A stretch of 42,147 bases of DNA from a virus. The position numbers and the translations under genes were made by a program. Positions within the stretch are counted from its first letter, which is position 1. Every line of letters starts with the position of its first letter. The notes beneath the pieces were generated by a model. It saw only the letters and a program-made list of their open reading frames with translations. It had not been told where the DNA came from and made no database searches. Positions 33,992 to 40,708 of this stretch are shown here, piece by piece. The stretch is from the IMG/VR virus record IMGVR_UViG_3300045988_041214, positions 1 through 42,147 of that record. One strand, written 5' to 3'.

Positions 33992-34356
33992 TGGTGACGA
34001 ACCTATGCACGAGCCCATCCTCGACAATCACCCTGCAAGCAGACAAGTGGGTGCATCTCACGACCGTTCCGAGCGTGAAATGGATGTCATATTGGGTCAG
34101 TTTCGATGTGAACGTCACAGGCGGCACTGTCTCGATTATCGGAACACAGGGCGAATTCAGCGCACGCCAACGTGTCAGCTACATGACGTACATCAACAAT
34201 TCCAGTCCGCTATCAGCGAATTATTCCGTCAAGTCAGGCAGTCCGACCGTCACCGTGACAAATATACTCATCTGCACGTGGGCCGAGTATCAGGCGAACA
34301 AGGCCCTGCTCGACGGCATCGAATATTTCGACGGGGATACGATGCCGCGCGCCTGA
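33988..34356 (+). CDS. Tail-associated beta-sandwich-like paralogue 2
   Basis: Ends in YFDGDTMPRA*. Confidence 0.6.
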   Translation: MMVTNLCTSPSSTITLQADKWVHLTTVPSVKWMSYWVSFDVNVTGGTVSIIGTQGEFSARQRVSYMTYINNSSPLSANYSVKSGSPTVTVTNILICTWAEYQANKALLDGIEYFDGDTMPRA

Positions 34357-34378
34357 CCCTCGCATTGGGGGTGGTGGC

Positions 34379-34774
34379 ATGACTTCCATCGTTAATCACT
34401 GCGTCATGCCGAAAGACGGTGTGAGCGTCAAGACGACGAACACGACACCATCGGACATCACGTTCACGGGGTTGACGGCGGGCGTGAAATACCATGTGAG
34501 CGTCGTCTGTTGCATGCTGTCCACGAGTGGCGACAATCCGCGCTTGCGTCTCACCACCAATGGCAGCGATAGTGGGCTGGTCACTTCGAATGGTCGCGTG
34601 GATTACGTCTTCACCGCCGCCGACACCACCACTCACGGCATTCTCGTCGGTCTGAACAATTGCACGGTCAATCTGAGCAAGGGCTTGTGCGTGCCTCAAG
34701 ACCAGTGGCAGCAGCTCGTCTCGTTGGGATTGCCGGGCAATTATTTCGATGGCGACACCATGCCAAAAGATTAA
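34379..34774 (+). CDS. Tail-associated beta-sandwich-like paralogue 3
   Basis: Ends in LPGNYFDGDTMPKD*. Confidence 0.6.
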   Translation: MTSIVNHCVMPKDGVSVKTTNTTPSDITFTGLTAGVKYHVSVVCCMLSTSGDNPRLRLTTNGSDSGLVTSNGRVDYVFTAADTTTHGILVGLNNCTVNLSKGLCVPQDQWQQLVSLGLPGNYFDGDTMPKD

Positions 34775-34795
34775 ACGATTTCAAGGAGATGTGAT

Positions 34796-35185
34796 GTGTT
34801 TCAAACGTTTTTAGCGGGGTTTGGTGGTGTCGGCGGCGCGTGCGCGGTAATCACACTGTGCTTGAAAATCTGGCCGGGGGCGCTCGAATCGCTCGCGACC
34901 GGATTGTATGCGCACGTTAACCCCGAGCGATTGCCTTACAATTCGGTGCTTTCCCAGCATTTCGCCAAGACGAGGCAGCTGGGCGAGCGGACGGAGCGCT
35001 TTGACGAGCGCATGGACGAACTCTGCCGCGACACGATCAAAAACACGATCATCAGCCTGATTTACGGCGACAAGGACACCGACCACAGCGAGGCCGTCAG
35101 CTACGAGCTGTCGAAGCTTGAGAAATTGGACGCGCAATGCTGGATAGTCGCTGCCGCCGAAAAATACTTGGAGGACCGGCAATGA
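34796..35185 (+). CDS. Membrane protein (N-terminal TM helix), hypothetical
   Basis: GTG start. Hydrophobic N-terminus FLAGFGGVGGACAVITLCL. Confidence 0.55.
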   Translation: MFQTFLAGFGGVGGACAVITLCLKIWPGALESLATGLYAHVNPERLPYNSVLSQHFAKTRQLGERTERFDERMDELCRDTIKNTIISLIYGDKDTDHSEAVSYELSKLEKLDAQCWIVAAAEKYLEDRQ

Positions 35186-35271
35186 CACGACTGCTCATCG
35201 CGGGCGGAGCCTACCTGATTCTCCTCACGCTCATTCTGGTTTTCAACCACAACGCCCACAAAAAGCGTTGA
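35182..35271 (+). CDS. 29-aa single-TM peptide
   Basis: ATGA overlap. MTRLLIAGGAYLILLTLILVFNHNAHKKR. Confidence 0.45.
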   Translation: MTRLLIAGGAYLILLTLILVFNHNAHKKR

Positions 35272-35290
35272 TATCGATTTTCACAACCGC

Positions 35291-35320
35291 AAGGCCATCT
35301 CTTCGGAGGTGGCCTTTTTA
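35291..35320 (+). terminator. Rho-independent terminator
   Basis: AAGGCCATCTC-ttcg-GAGGTGGCCTT followed by TTTA. Confidence 0.6.
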
Positions 35321-35353
35321 TTGCCCCCTATTGGGGGTGGGAAGGAGGCCGTC

Positions 35354-35473
35354 ATGGACGAAGTGACCATGACGCCGGAAATGACACCGCAGGGCGACAG
35401 TCTGCCGCCCATTGACATCCCGGTCGTGTCCGAAACGGATGCGGCCAAGGCTGTCGAAGGATTGGAGGACTGA
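35354..35473 (+). CDS. 39-aa acidic protein upstream of the endolysin
   Basis: Strong RBS GGAAGGAGG. The stop is 1 nt before the endolysin ATG. Confidence 0.5.
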   Translation: MDEVTMTPEMTPQGDSLPPIDIPVVSETDAAKAVEGLED

Positions 35474-35474
35474 C

Positions 35475-36269
35475 ATGGCAAGCGTCAGCGCTCTCATCAA
35501 TCGTATGCGTTACTGGTGCGCAGTCGCCAATCTCGGCTACAGCCAGTCCGACCGCTGGAACTTCAACCCATCGGGGGGTAATTGCGATTGTTCCAGCCTG
35601 GTAATCCACTGCCTGCGCGAGGCGGGCTTCGACACCGGTTCGGCCACCTACACCGGCAACTTGTCCGGTGAGCTGACCAAGCGCGGATGGACGCGACTCC
35701 CAGCGAATGGTAATCCGCAGCCGGGCGACATCCTGCTCAACGACGTGCACCACGTGGCCGTCTACCTTGGCGGCGGCAAGCTCGCGCAGGCGTCCATCTC
35801 CGAGCGTGGCACGGCCTACGGCAAGGCCGGGGACCAGACCGGCCGCGAAACCAACATCAGGGGCTACTACAGCTACCCGTGGAACTGCTACCTCCGCTAC
35901 GGCGGCGGCAACACCTCTTCGGCATCCACCGGCGCCCTAGCCGTGGACGGCAACGTCGGCCCCGCCACGGTACGCCGCTGGCAGCAGGTGATGGGCACCG
36001 CGGTGGATGGCATCATCAGCGGCCAGCAGGTGCCTGACGGCAGGACTTACGCGCGTCCCGCCATCGATTCGAGCGTGGTCCGCTACGGCGCTGGCGGCAG
36101 TGATCTGATCCGTGCCGTGCAACGTCGCCTGGGCTGCGGCACTGATGGTCTGCTTGGCCCCGCCACCATTCGCGCCATCCAAGCGCACTACGGCCTGGCT
36201 CAGGACGCGAGCTTCGGCCCCGCGACCGCACGCGCCTTGCAGACGGCACTCAATCAAAACCGATTCTAA
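35475..36269 (+). CDS. Endolysin: Cys/His peptidase (NlpC/P60- or CHAP-like) plus peptidoglycan-binding repeats
   Basis: GGNCDCSSLV and DVHHVAVY catalytic-like motifs. Three repeats of the G.ATxRAxQ type (GPATVRRWQQ, GPATIRAIQA, GPATARALQT). Confidence 0.8.
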   Translation: MASVSALINRMRYWCAVANLGYSQSDRWNFNPSGGNCDCSSLVIHCLREAGFDTGSATYTGNLSGELTKRGWTRLPANGNPQPGDILLNDVHHVAVYLGGGKLAQASISERGTAYGKAGDQTGRETNIRGYYSYPWNCYLRYGGGNTSSASTGALAVDGNVGPATVRRWQQVMGTAVDGIISGQQVPDGRTYARPAIDSSVVRYGAGGSDLIRAVQRRLGCGTDGLLGPATIRAIQAHYGLAQDASFGPATARALQTALNQNRF

Positions 36270-36280
36270 GGGGGTTTAAT

Positions 36281-36559
36281 ATGGCTCAACATGCAGCGCC
36301 GACGACTTTGGAGACCACAGTCAACAATCTCACCAACGAGCGTGAGGACGGTCAGGACAACCAGCCGCCGGACGCATACACTCCGGTCTTTTCTAAGCAG
36401 GTGCGCACCGTCGTGTACGTGCTCGGGCTGATCGCTTCATGCGTTGGCCTTGGTTTCATGACCTTTGGTGATGCGGCTGTCGGCGGCTACATTTCGACCG
36501 TGGCCGGCTTCATCGCCAGCGGTCTTGGCGTCGCCTACAATCCGCTGCGCCGTGATTGA
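36281..36559 (+). CDS. Holin-like membrane protein
   Basis: 92 aa with two hydrophobic helices, immediately after the endolysin. Confidence 0.65.
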   Translation: MAQHAAPTTLETTVNNLTNEREDGQDNQPPDAYTPVFSKQVRTVVYVLGLIASCVGLGFMTFGDAAVGGYISTVAGFIASGLGVAYNPLRRD

Positions 36560-36665
36560 TTTTCTAGCGTGAGACTCAAACTCGCGCCGGAAACTCAACC
36601 TCGCGTGGAAGAAAATTCACGCACTGTGGTGCTTGTGGAAATTCTTGCACCCTGTTTTTAAATCT

Positions 36666-36700
36666 GCCCCTTCTCCATTTGGAGGAGGGGCTTTATTTTT
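36666..36700 (+). terminator. Rho-independent terminator after the lysis cassette
   Basis: GCCCCTTCTCC-attt-GGAGGAGGGGC followed by TTTATTTTT. Confidence 0.65.
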
Positions 36701-36712
36701 AGGACTTTCAAA

Positions 36713-37551
36713 ATGGGCATCAGACAGCAGACGATTGACGATTACGGCGCGTTCGTGGACAAATTCAAACCGAAGAAGACCACGGATGACTGCTATACCC
36801 CCCCGCAGTGTATGAGACGATAAAGGACTGGGCATGCCGTGAGTTTGGCATCGACCCCAGCAAGGTGGTGCGACCGTTCTATCCGGGCGGCGATTACGAG
36901 CGGTTCGACTATTCGGGCGGTGCGGTGGTTGTGGATAATCCGCCGTTCAGCATCCTGTCGAAGATCTGCACGTTCTATCGGACGGAGCAAATTCCGTTCT
37001 TCCTGTTCGCGCCGTATCTCACGATCTTCTCCAGCACGTCGCGCAATGGGGCGCACATGATCGTCACGAATTCGACCATCGAATATGCTAACGGCGCGCA
37101 GGTCAACACCAGCTTCGTGACGAGTTTCGGTGATGACCTGATCCGCACCGCGCCGGACTTGGCCAACGCGATCGACGAGACCGTGAAGCGCGTCAGGAAA
37201 GAGCAACGCAGGCATCCGCCGAAATACTCGTATCCGCGTGAACTGCTTACCGTGAGCAGGCTCGGGAAGATTAGCAAGCAGGTCGAGTTCCGCGTCAAGG
37301 CTTCAGACGTTGCGTTCACGAGGGCTCTCGACTCGCAGAAGGCCGTGAAGAAGGCCATCTACGGCGGCGGCTATCTCCTGAGCGAAGCTAAGGCCGCGGA
37401 ACTGAAGGCCGCGGAACTGAAGGCCGCGGAACTGAAGGCCGCGGAACTGAAGGCCGCGGAACTGAAGGCCGCGGAACTGAAGGCCGCAGAAGATGTGACG
37501 GTATGGCCGCTCAGCGATTCCGAGAAGCGGATCATCGAAAACCTCGCATGA
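36713..37551 (+). pseudogene. DNA methyltransferase (DNPPF motif) split by a frameshift at a C7 tract
   Basis: Frame A reads MGIRQQ...TTDDCYTPPQCMRR* and stops at 36823. Frame B is open from 36790 and reads (PPA)VYETIKDW...VVVDNPPFSIL... to 37551. One extra C in CCCCCCC (36798-36804) fuses them. Confidence 0.7.
37390..37488 (+). repeat. Perfect 15-bp tandem repeat AAGGCCGCGGAACTG x6 plus a partial copy (encodes (AAELK)n)
   Basis: Counted directly. In frame within the methyltransferase 3' end. Confidence 0.95.
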
Positions 37552-37606
37552 AAAAAATCGCGCAGTTTAAATCCTGTTGGAATATTTTGCGCCCACATGT
37601 AACGTC

Positions 37607-37648
37607 GCCCCTCTCTCAGCTATGGCTGGGGGAGGGGCTTTTTGTGTT
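37607..37648 (+). terminator. Terminator hairpin, family GCCCCTCTCTCAGC/GCTGGGGGAGGGGC
   Basis: 14-nt arms (two G-U pairs), 4-nt loop and a T-run. Confidence 0.65.
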
Positions 37649-37669
37649 TCGCACGGTAGAATCATCATC

Positions 37670-37831
37670 ATGACCAAGAAAGAGCATGATGATTTTTGGA
37701 CGAAGTGGAAGCGCGAGCTCACGAAGGATGTGAAGGCCGACAGGATGCACGGTGGCACGGCTGATTTCAGCCGAATGCATGGCGCAACATTGGACACTCA
37801 AAAACTGTATGACATGCTACCGCGAGTCTGA
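37670..37831 (+). CDS. Hypothetical 53-aa protein (moron between twin terminators)
   Basis: ATG at 37670 with no convincing RBS. Confidence 0.35.
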   Translation: MTKKEHDDFWTKWKRELTKDVKADRMHGGTADFSRMHGATLDTQKLYDMLPRV

Positions 37832-37836
37832 ATATT

Positions 37837-37876
37837 GCCCCTCTCTCAGCGCACGCTGGGGGAGGGGCGTTTTTGT
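37837..37876 (+). terminator. Terminator hairpin, second member of the same family
   Basis: Arms identical to 37607..37638, with a different 4-nt loop, followed by a T-run. Confidence 0.65.
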
Positions 37877-37892
37877 TATTTATGAACTCTAC

Positions 37893-37936
37893 GTGGAAGT
37901 TCTGCTGAGGCTAGCGGTTATTAGCAGAACTTCCAC
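37893..37936. repeat. 14-bp perfect inverted repeat GTGGAAGTTCTGCT / AGCAGAACTTCCAC (16-nt spacer)
   Basis: Read directly. Ends 11 nt before the RBS of the mini-ORF. Confidence 0.85.
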
Positions 37937-37960
37937 ATAGCAAAACGAAAGGAGGAGCCT

Positions 37961-38020
37961 ATGGGTAATGCAACAATGCTGATTCTCGCTATCGTTGTGC
38001 TTGTTCTCGTGTCGAAATAG
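37961..38020 (+). CDS. 19-aa hydrophobic peptide MGNATMLILAIVVLVLVSK
   Basis: Strong RBS AAAGGAGGA 4 nt upstream, and a hairpin terminator downstream. Confidence 0.45.
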   Translation: MGNATMLILAIVVLVLVSK

Positions 38021-38038
38021 AACAAATATAACAATAGT

Positions 38039-38072
38039 GCGGGTGAAGGACATGAATGCGTCGTTCACCCGC
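38039..38072. terminator. Hairpin between convergent transcription units
   Basis: GCGGGTGAA...TTCACCCGC (9 bp). T-rich on the minus-strand side. Confidence 0.5.
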
Positions 38073-38130
38073 GAATAAGCATTTTCATTGAGGAATTGTA
38101 TTTATGTGTTTTTGAAGAGGGTTAATGGTG

Positions 38131-38310
38131 TCAGATGGTGAATTCCTCGCCGTACTTGGCGTAGTGCCTGTCGAGGTATGCGTCGAAGAATTCCTGGTCG
38201 GTGCAGGGCGCCATCTCGGCGTGCAACTCCTCGCGAATCTCATCGTCCATGAGGTTGACTGCGGTGGTGAAGTCGATTTCCTTGTCGTTTTGGTCGATGA
38301 CGGTGGTCAT
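38131..38310 (-). CDS. 59-aa acidic protein (below the ORF-track cutoff)
   Basis: Hand translation: MTTVIDQNDKEIDFTTAVNLMDDEIREELHAEMAPCTDQEFFDAYLDRHYAKYGEEFTI. The RBS GAAAGGA is supplied by repeat copy 1. Confidence 0.6.
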   Translation of the reverse strand: MTTVIDQNDKEIDFTTAVNLMDDEIREELHAEMAPCTDQEFFDAYLDRHYAKYGEEFTI

Positions 38311-38313
38311 TTG

Positions 38314-38385
38314 GTTTGTCCTTTCTGTTTTGCTGACATGATTTATATTACTCCGATTGGAGTAATATGCAAGTCGGGCGTGTCG
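38314..38385. repeat. 72-bp perfect direct repeat, copy 1 (78 bp with one mismatch if the ATG is included)
   Basis: Identical to 40709..40780, offset 2395 bp. On the minus strand it reads TTGCAT-16 nt-TAATAT, a 5'UTR and the RBS. Contains the palindrome ATATTACTCC-gatt-GGAGTAATAT (38345-38368). Confidence 0.95.
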
Positions 38386-38388
38386 AAA

Positions 38389-38637
38389 TCAATCGGACAG
38401 GCCGGCCCAGAAATCATCCAGCGACAAGCCCAAGGCGTCAGCCATCCGCTTCGCCATCTCAAATCTCATGATGCGCGGATTCCTTGCCGACTTTGGACGC
38501 GGCAACTGATCCCACGCCTCCCACGACCACACTCTGCCGACAGCGCTGCACCCTATCGCATGGCACAGCTCCTGCTGCGACAATCCGGCATCCTCACGCA
38601 TCGCCTTGAGCCCCATCTCAATCCTCCTTGTCTCCAC
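38389..38637 (-). CDS. XRE-family HTH protein (82 aa)
   Basis: LSQQELCHAIGCSAVGRVWSWE HTH segment. The start overlaps the recombinase 3' end by 20 nt. The stop lies 3 nt from repeat copy 1. Confidence 0.65.
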   Translation of the reverse strand: METRRIEMGLKAMREDAGLSQQELCHAIGCSAVGRVWSWEAWDQLPRPKSARNPRIMRFEMAKRMADALGLSLDDFWAGLSD

Positions 38638-39487
38638 TTAGGAAATCCTGCAATCCGTCGCCAGCTTTGCCATTCAGCCCGCGACGGGACATGTCGTAAT
38701 AGTCGAGCATCTGCGGACTGCTCCACCCCGCTGCGGCCATGATGTCCCTGTCCGGCACACCAGCGTCACGGGAGAGCGTGCAGAACGTGCGTCGCAATGA
38801 ATGCGGCGAAATATCCGGCACGCCCACGCGCAATGCCACGGACGATACGATGCCCACGGCGGTCTGCTGCCGCAGACGCACGCCGGAATCCTCACGGAAC
38901 ACTGCACCACGCCTACGTTCGCCAACGAGTCGTGCGAGAGCCTCGGACGCCTCGGAGGGAATGGCCACACGCTGAGACCAGTCGCCCTTGCGGTCAAACC
39001 GCACCCACGGACGCCCGTCATCCAGATGACAGTCTTCAACATCCAGTCCAAGCGCCTCACCGATCCTCGCGCCGGTCAACAGCAGCAGACTGCACAGGGC
39101 ATCCGTCCTCGCATCCATACCGCGTGCTTCGGCCAGAAAAAGCCTTGCCTGCTCGCGGGTGAGATACGAGCCGTCCGAATGACCGTACATTTTCGGCCTA
39201 CGCACATGCTCGCCCGGATTGCAGTCGATATACCCCTCCTCGAAGAGGTAGCGGTAGAGGCAGCAAACGACGCTCAGATTCCTGTACGCCGTGCTTTTCG
39301 CCGCTGGCCGCATGCCGCCGTCATAGGCGGCGAACACCTCGATATGGGTGCGCTTCGCCCGCAGCGCGTTGACGCCGTTGTCGGAACACCAGCGGAGCCA
39401 TCGTGATACGACGCTCCGATACACGGCCCTCGTGCTCGGAGACACCCCGGCGAGGAATCCGGCGATCATGTCGCTCACCGTTTCCAT
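38618..39487 (-). CDS. Tyrosine recombinase, short Xer/Cre-like type (289 aa)
   Basis: Catalytic pattern TGARIGEAL ... HSLRRTF ... AGWSS ... LDYYD. Has an N-terminal SAM-like core-binding domain and no arm-binding extension. Confidence 0.85.
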   Translation of the reverse strand: METVSDMIAGFLAGVSPSTRAVYRSVVSRWLRWCSDNGVNALRAKRTHIEVFAAYDGGMRPAAKSTAYRNLSVVCCLYRYLFEEGYIDCNPGEHVRRPKMYGHSDGSYLTREQARLFLAEARGMDARTDALCSLLLLTGARIGEALGLDVEDCHLDDGRPWVRFDRKGDWSQRVAIPSEASEALARLVGERRRGAVFREDSGVRLRQQTAVGIVSSVALRVGVPDISPHSLRRTFCTLSRDAGVPDRDIMAAAGWSSPQMLDYYDMSRRGLNGKAGDGLQDFLSGDKED

Positions 39488-40383
39488 ATGCGCACCGTCT
39501 CCTTACAGACAAGCGGCTTGTCGGCCGGGCCTTTGACGAAGGGTGGTATCCACTGGCGTCGGCGGAGCGAATGATTCGGACCATACGCCTGATTACGCCA
39601 AAAACCGCGCACGATGAAACGATGCGTATATTCACGTCGCACACGTTCGTCATCATCGGCGCTTTCACCTGGACGATGCAGGTTCTCCCGCAGCACCAGC
39701 ATCTTGACCTTGCGGATTTCCGGCTCGAAGCGCGACGGCGACGGGTATCTCATGCTGGGTTCGGCGGGCTTGGTGTCGCAGATGCGCGGCTCGCCGCTCA
39801 ACGCCCAGACGGCATACAGCAGGCCGCAGATGCGCGGCTCGCCGCTCAACGCCCAGACGGCATACAGCAGGCCGCAGACCCACTGGAAGCTCCCATCGCC
39901 CTCGCGGACGACGGAAGGAGCGAGCCCGACGACGGGGAGGCCGAATAAATCGGCGTGCATCTCCCTGATGCCGACTGGATTGTCGGTGAACACCGATATT
40001 TTGATGCTCTCGTGCCCCACGTCCTGCCATAGGATCGCGGCTATGCGTGTCTCTCCGAATCCGTCATCATCGAGATGGAATGAGATGTGCCGCACGTCGC
40101 CATCGAAGAAGACCATTCCGCATTGCGTCGGCGGATCTGGTTTCGGGAAATCTCCGGCCTGCACGGTATCCTCGGCCAGACGCGTCATGTCTCGGCTGAC
40201 CCACCACAATTGCGCGGTCCTGATCTGATCGGTCATGCTCCAGGCGTTGGCCATCATGGCCTCGTATTGGGTTTGCGAGCCGAGTTCCCCAAGCCTGTAT
40301 TGGGCGTAATCGGCGAGCTTGTCGCGGATGAGCGGCAGGTGGGATGGGATGATGCGAAGTCGCTTGTTCTTGCTGCGTGTCAT
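39475..40383 (-). CDS. Hypothetical 302-aa protein with an internal 16-aa exact duplication
   Basis: Overlaps the recombinase start by 13 nt. Basic C-terminus RFIVRGFWRNQAYGPNHSLRRRQWIPPFVKGP. No family recognised. Confidence 0.65.
   Translation of the reverse strand: MTRSKNKRLRIIPSHLPLIRDKLADYAQYRLGELGSQTQYEAMMANAWSMTDQIRTAQLWWVSRDMTRLAEDTVQAGDFPKPDPPTQCGMVFFDGDVRHISFHLDDDGFGETRIAAILWQDVGHESIKISVFTDNPVGIREMHADLFGLPVVGLAPSVVREGDGSFQWVCGLLYAVWALSGEPRICGLLYAVWALSGEPRICDTKPAEPSMRYPSPSRFEPEIRKVKMLVLRENLHRPGESADDDERVRREYTHRFIVRGFWRNQAYGPNHSLRRRQWIPPFVKGPADKPLVCKETVRIWKR
39778..39873. repeat. Perfect 48-bp tandem duplication (2 copies plus 5 nt)
   Basis: The unit GCAGATGCGCGGCTCGCCGCTCAACGCCCAGACGGCATACAGCAGGCC occurs at 39778-39825 and 39826-39873. 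It encodes CGLLYAVWALSGEPRI twice on the minus strand. Confidence 0.95.
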
Positions 40384-40384
40384 G

Positions 40385-40705
40385 TCAGGCCTCGACCAGC
40401 TCGTAGCGGTCTCCGGCCTTCTCGTCGAAGTCGCCGAGCTTCAGACCGTATTCGGCGAGCTTCGCGTTTGCCGCGGCCTCCCATTCGTCCTCGTCGGCGC
40501 CGTACACGTCCTCGATTTTGTCGGCGTCGGTGTCGAGGTCGCCGTATTCCGGGTCGATCTGCCATTCGAGGTCGTATCCCATCCAAATACCCTTGCCGGT
40601 GTTGGCGTCGGCCAGGAGGAGCACGTCGCAGGCGTCGCTCTGTTCGATGACGATGGGCTTGATGTCGATGGTCTTGTTGGTGTTGACGTTGGTTGCGGTG
40701 AACAT
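40385..40705 (-). CDS. 106-aa highly acidic protein
   Basis: Start at MFTATN, directly after the RBS in repeat copy 2. The stop is 1 nt before the next ATG. The longer 265-aa ORF runs through the repeat and the hairpin. Confidence 0.6.
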   Translation of the reverse strand: MFTATNVNTNKTIDIKPIVIEQSDACDVLLLADANTGKGIWMGYDLEWQIDPEYGDLDTDADKIEDVYGADEDEWEAAANAKLAEYGLKLGDFDEKAGDRYELVEA

Positions 40706-40708
40706 TTT

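Noticed and set aside
37390-37488. Regular 15-bp repeats as a possible CRISPR array
   Set aside because: The units are contiguous with no spacers, lie in frame inside a coding sequence, and there are no cas genes. This is a coding tandem repeat.
38125-38742. 205-aa plus-strand ORF across the repeat and the HTH gene
   Set aside because: It is antisense to two better-supported minus-strand genes, spans the promoter repeat, and has no RBS.
33458-39487. Rin/Rci-type shufflon linking the YFDGDTMP paralogues to the second tyrosine recombinase
   Set aside because: All three paralogues are co-directional, each with its own start and RBS. I found no inverted copies of their conserved ends. The recombinase is 4 kb away, separated by lysis genes and morons. 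There is no inversion substrate visible.
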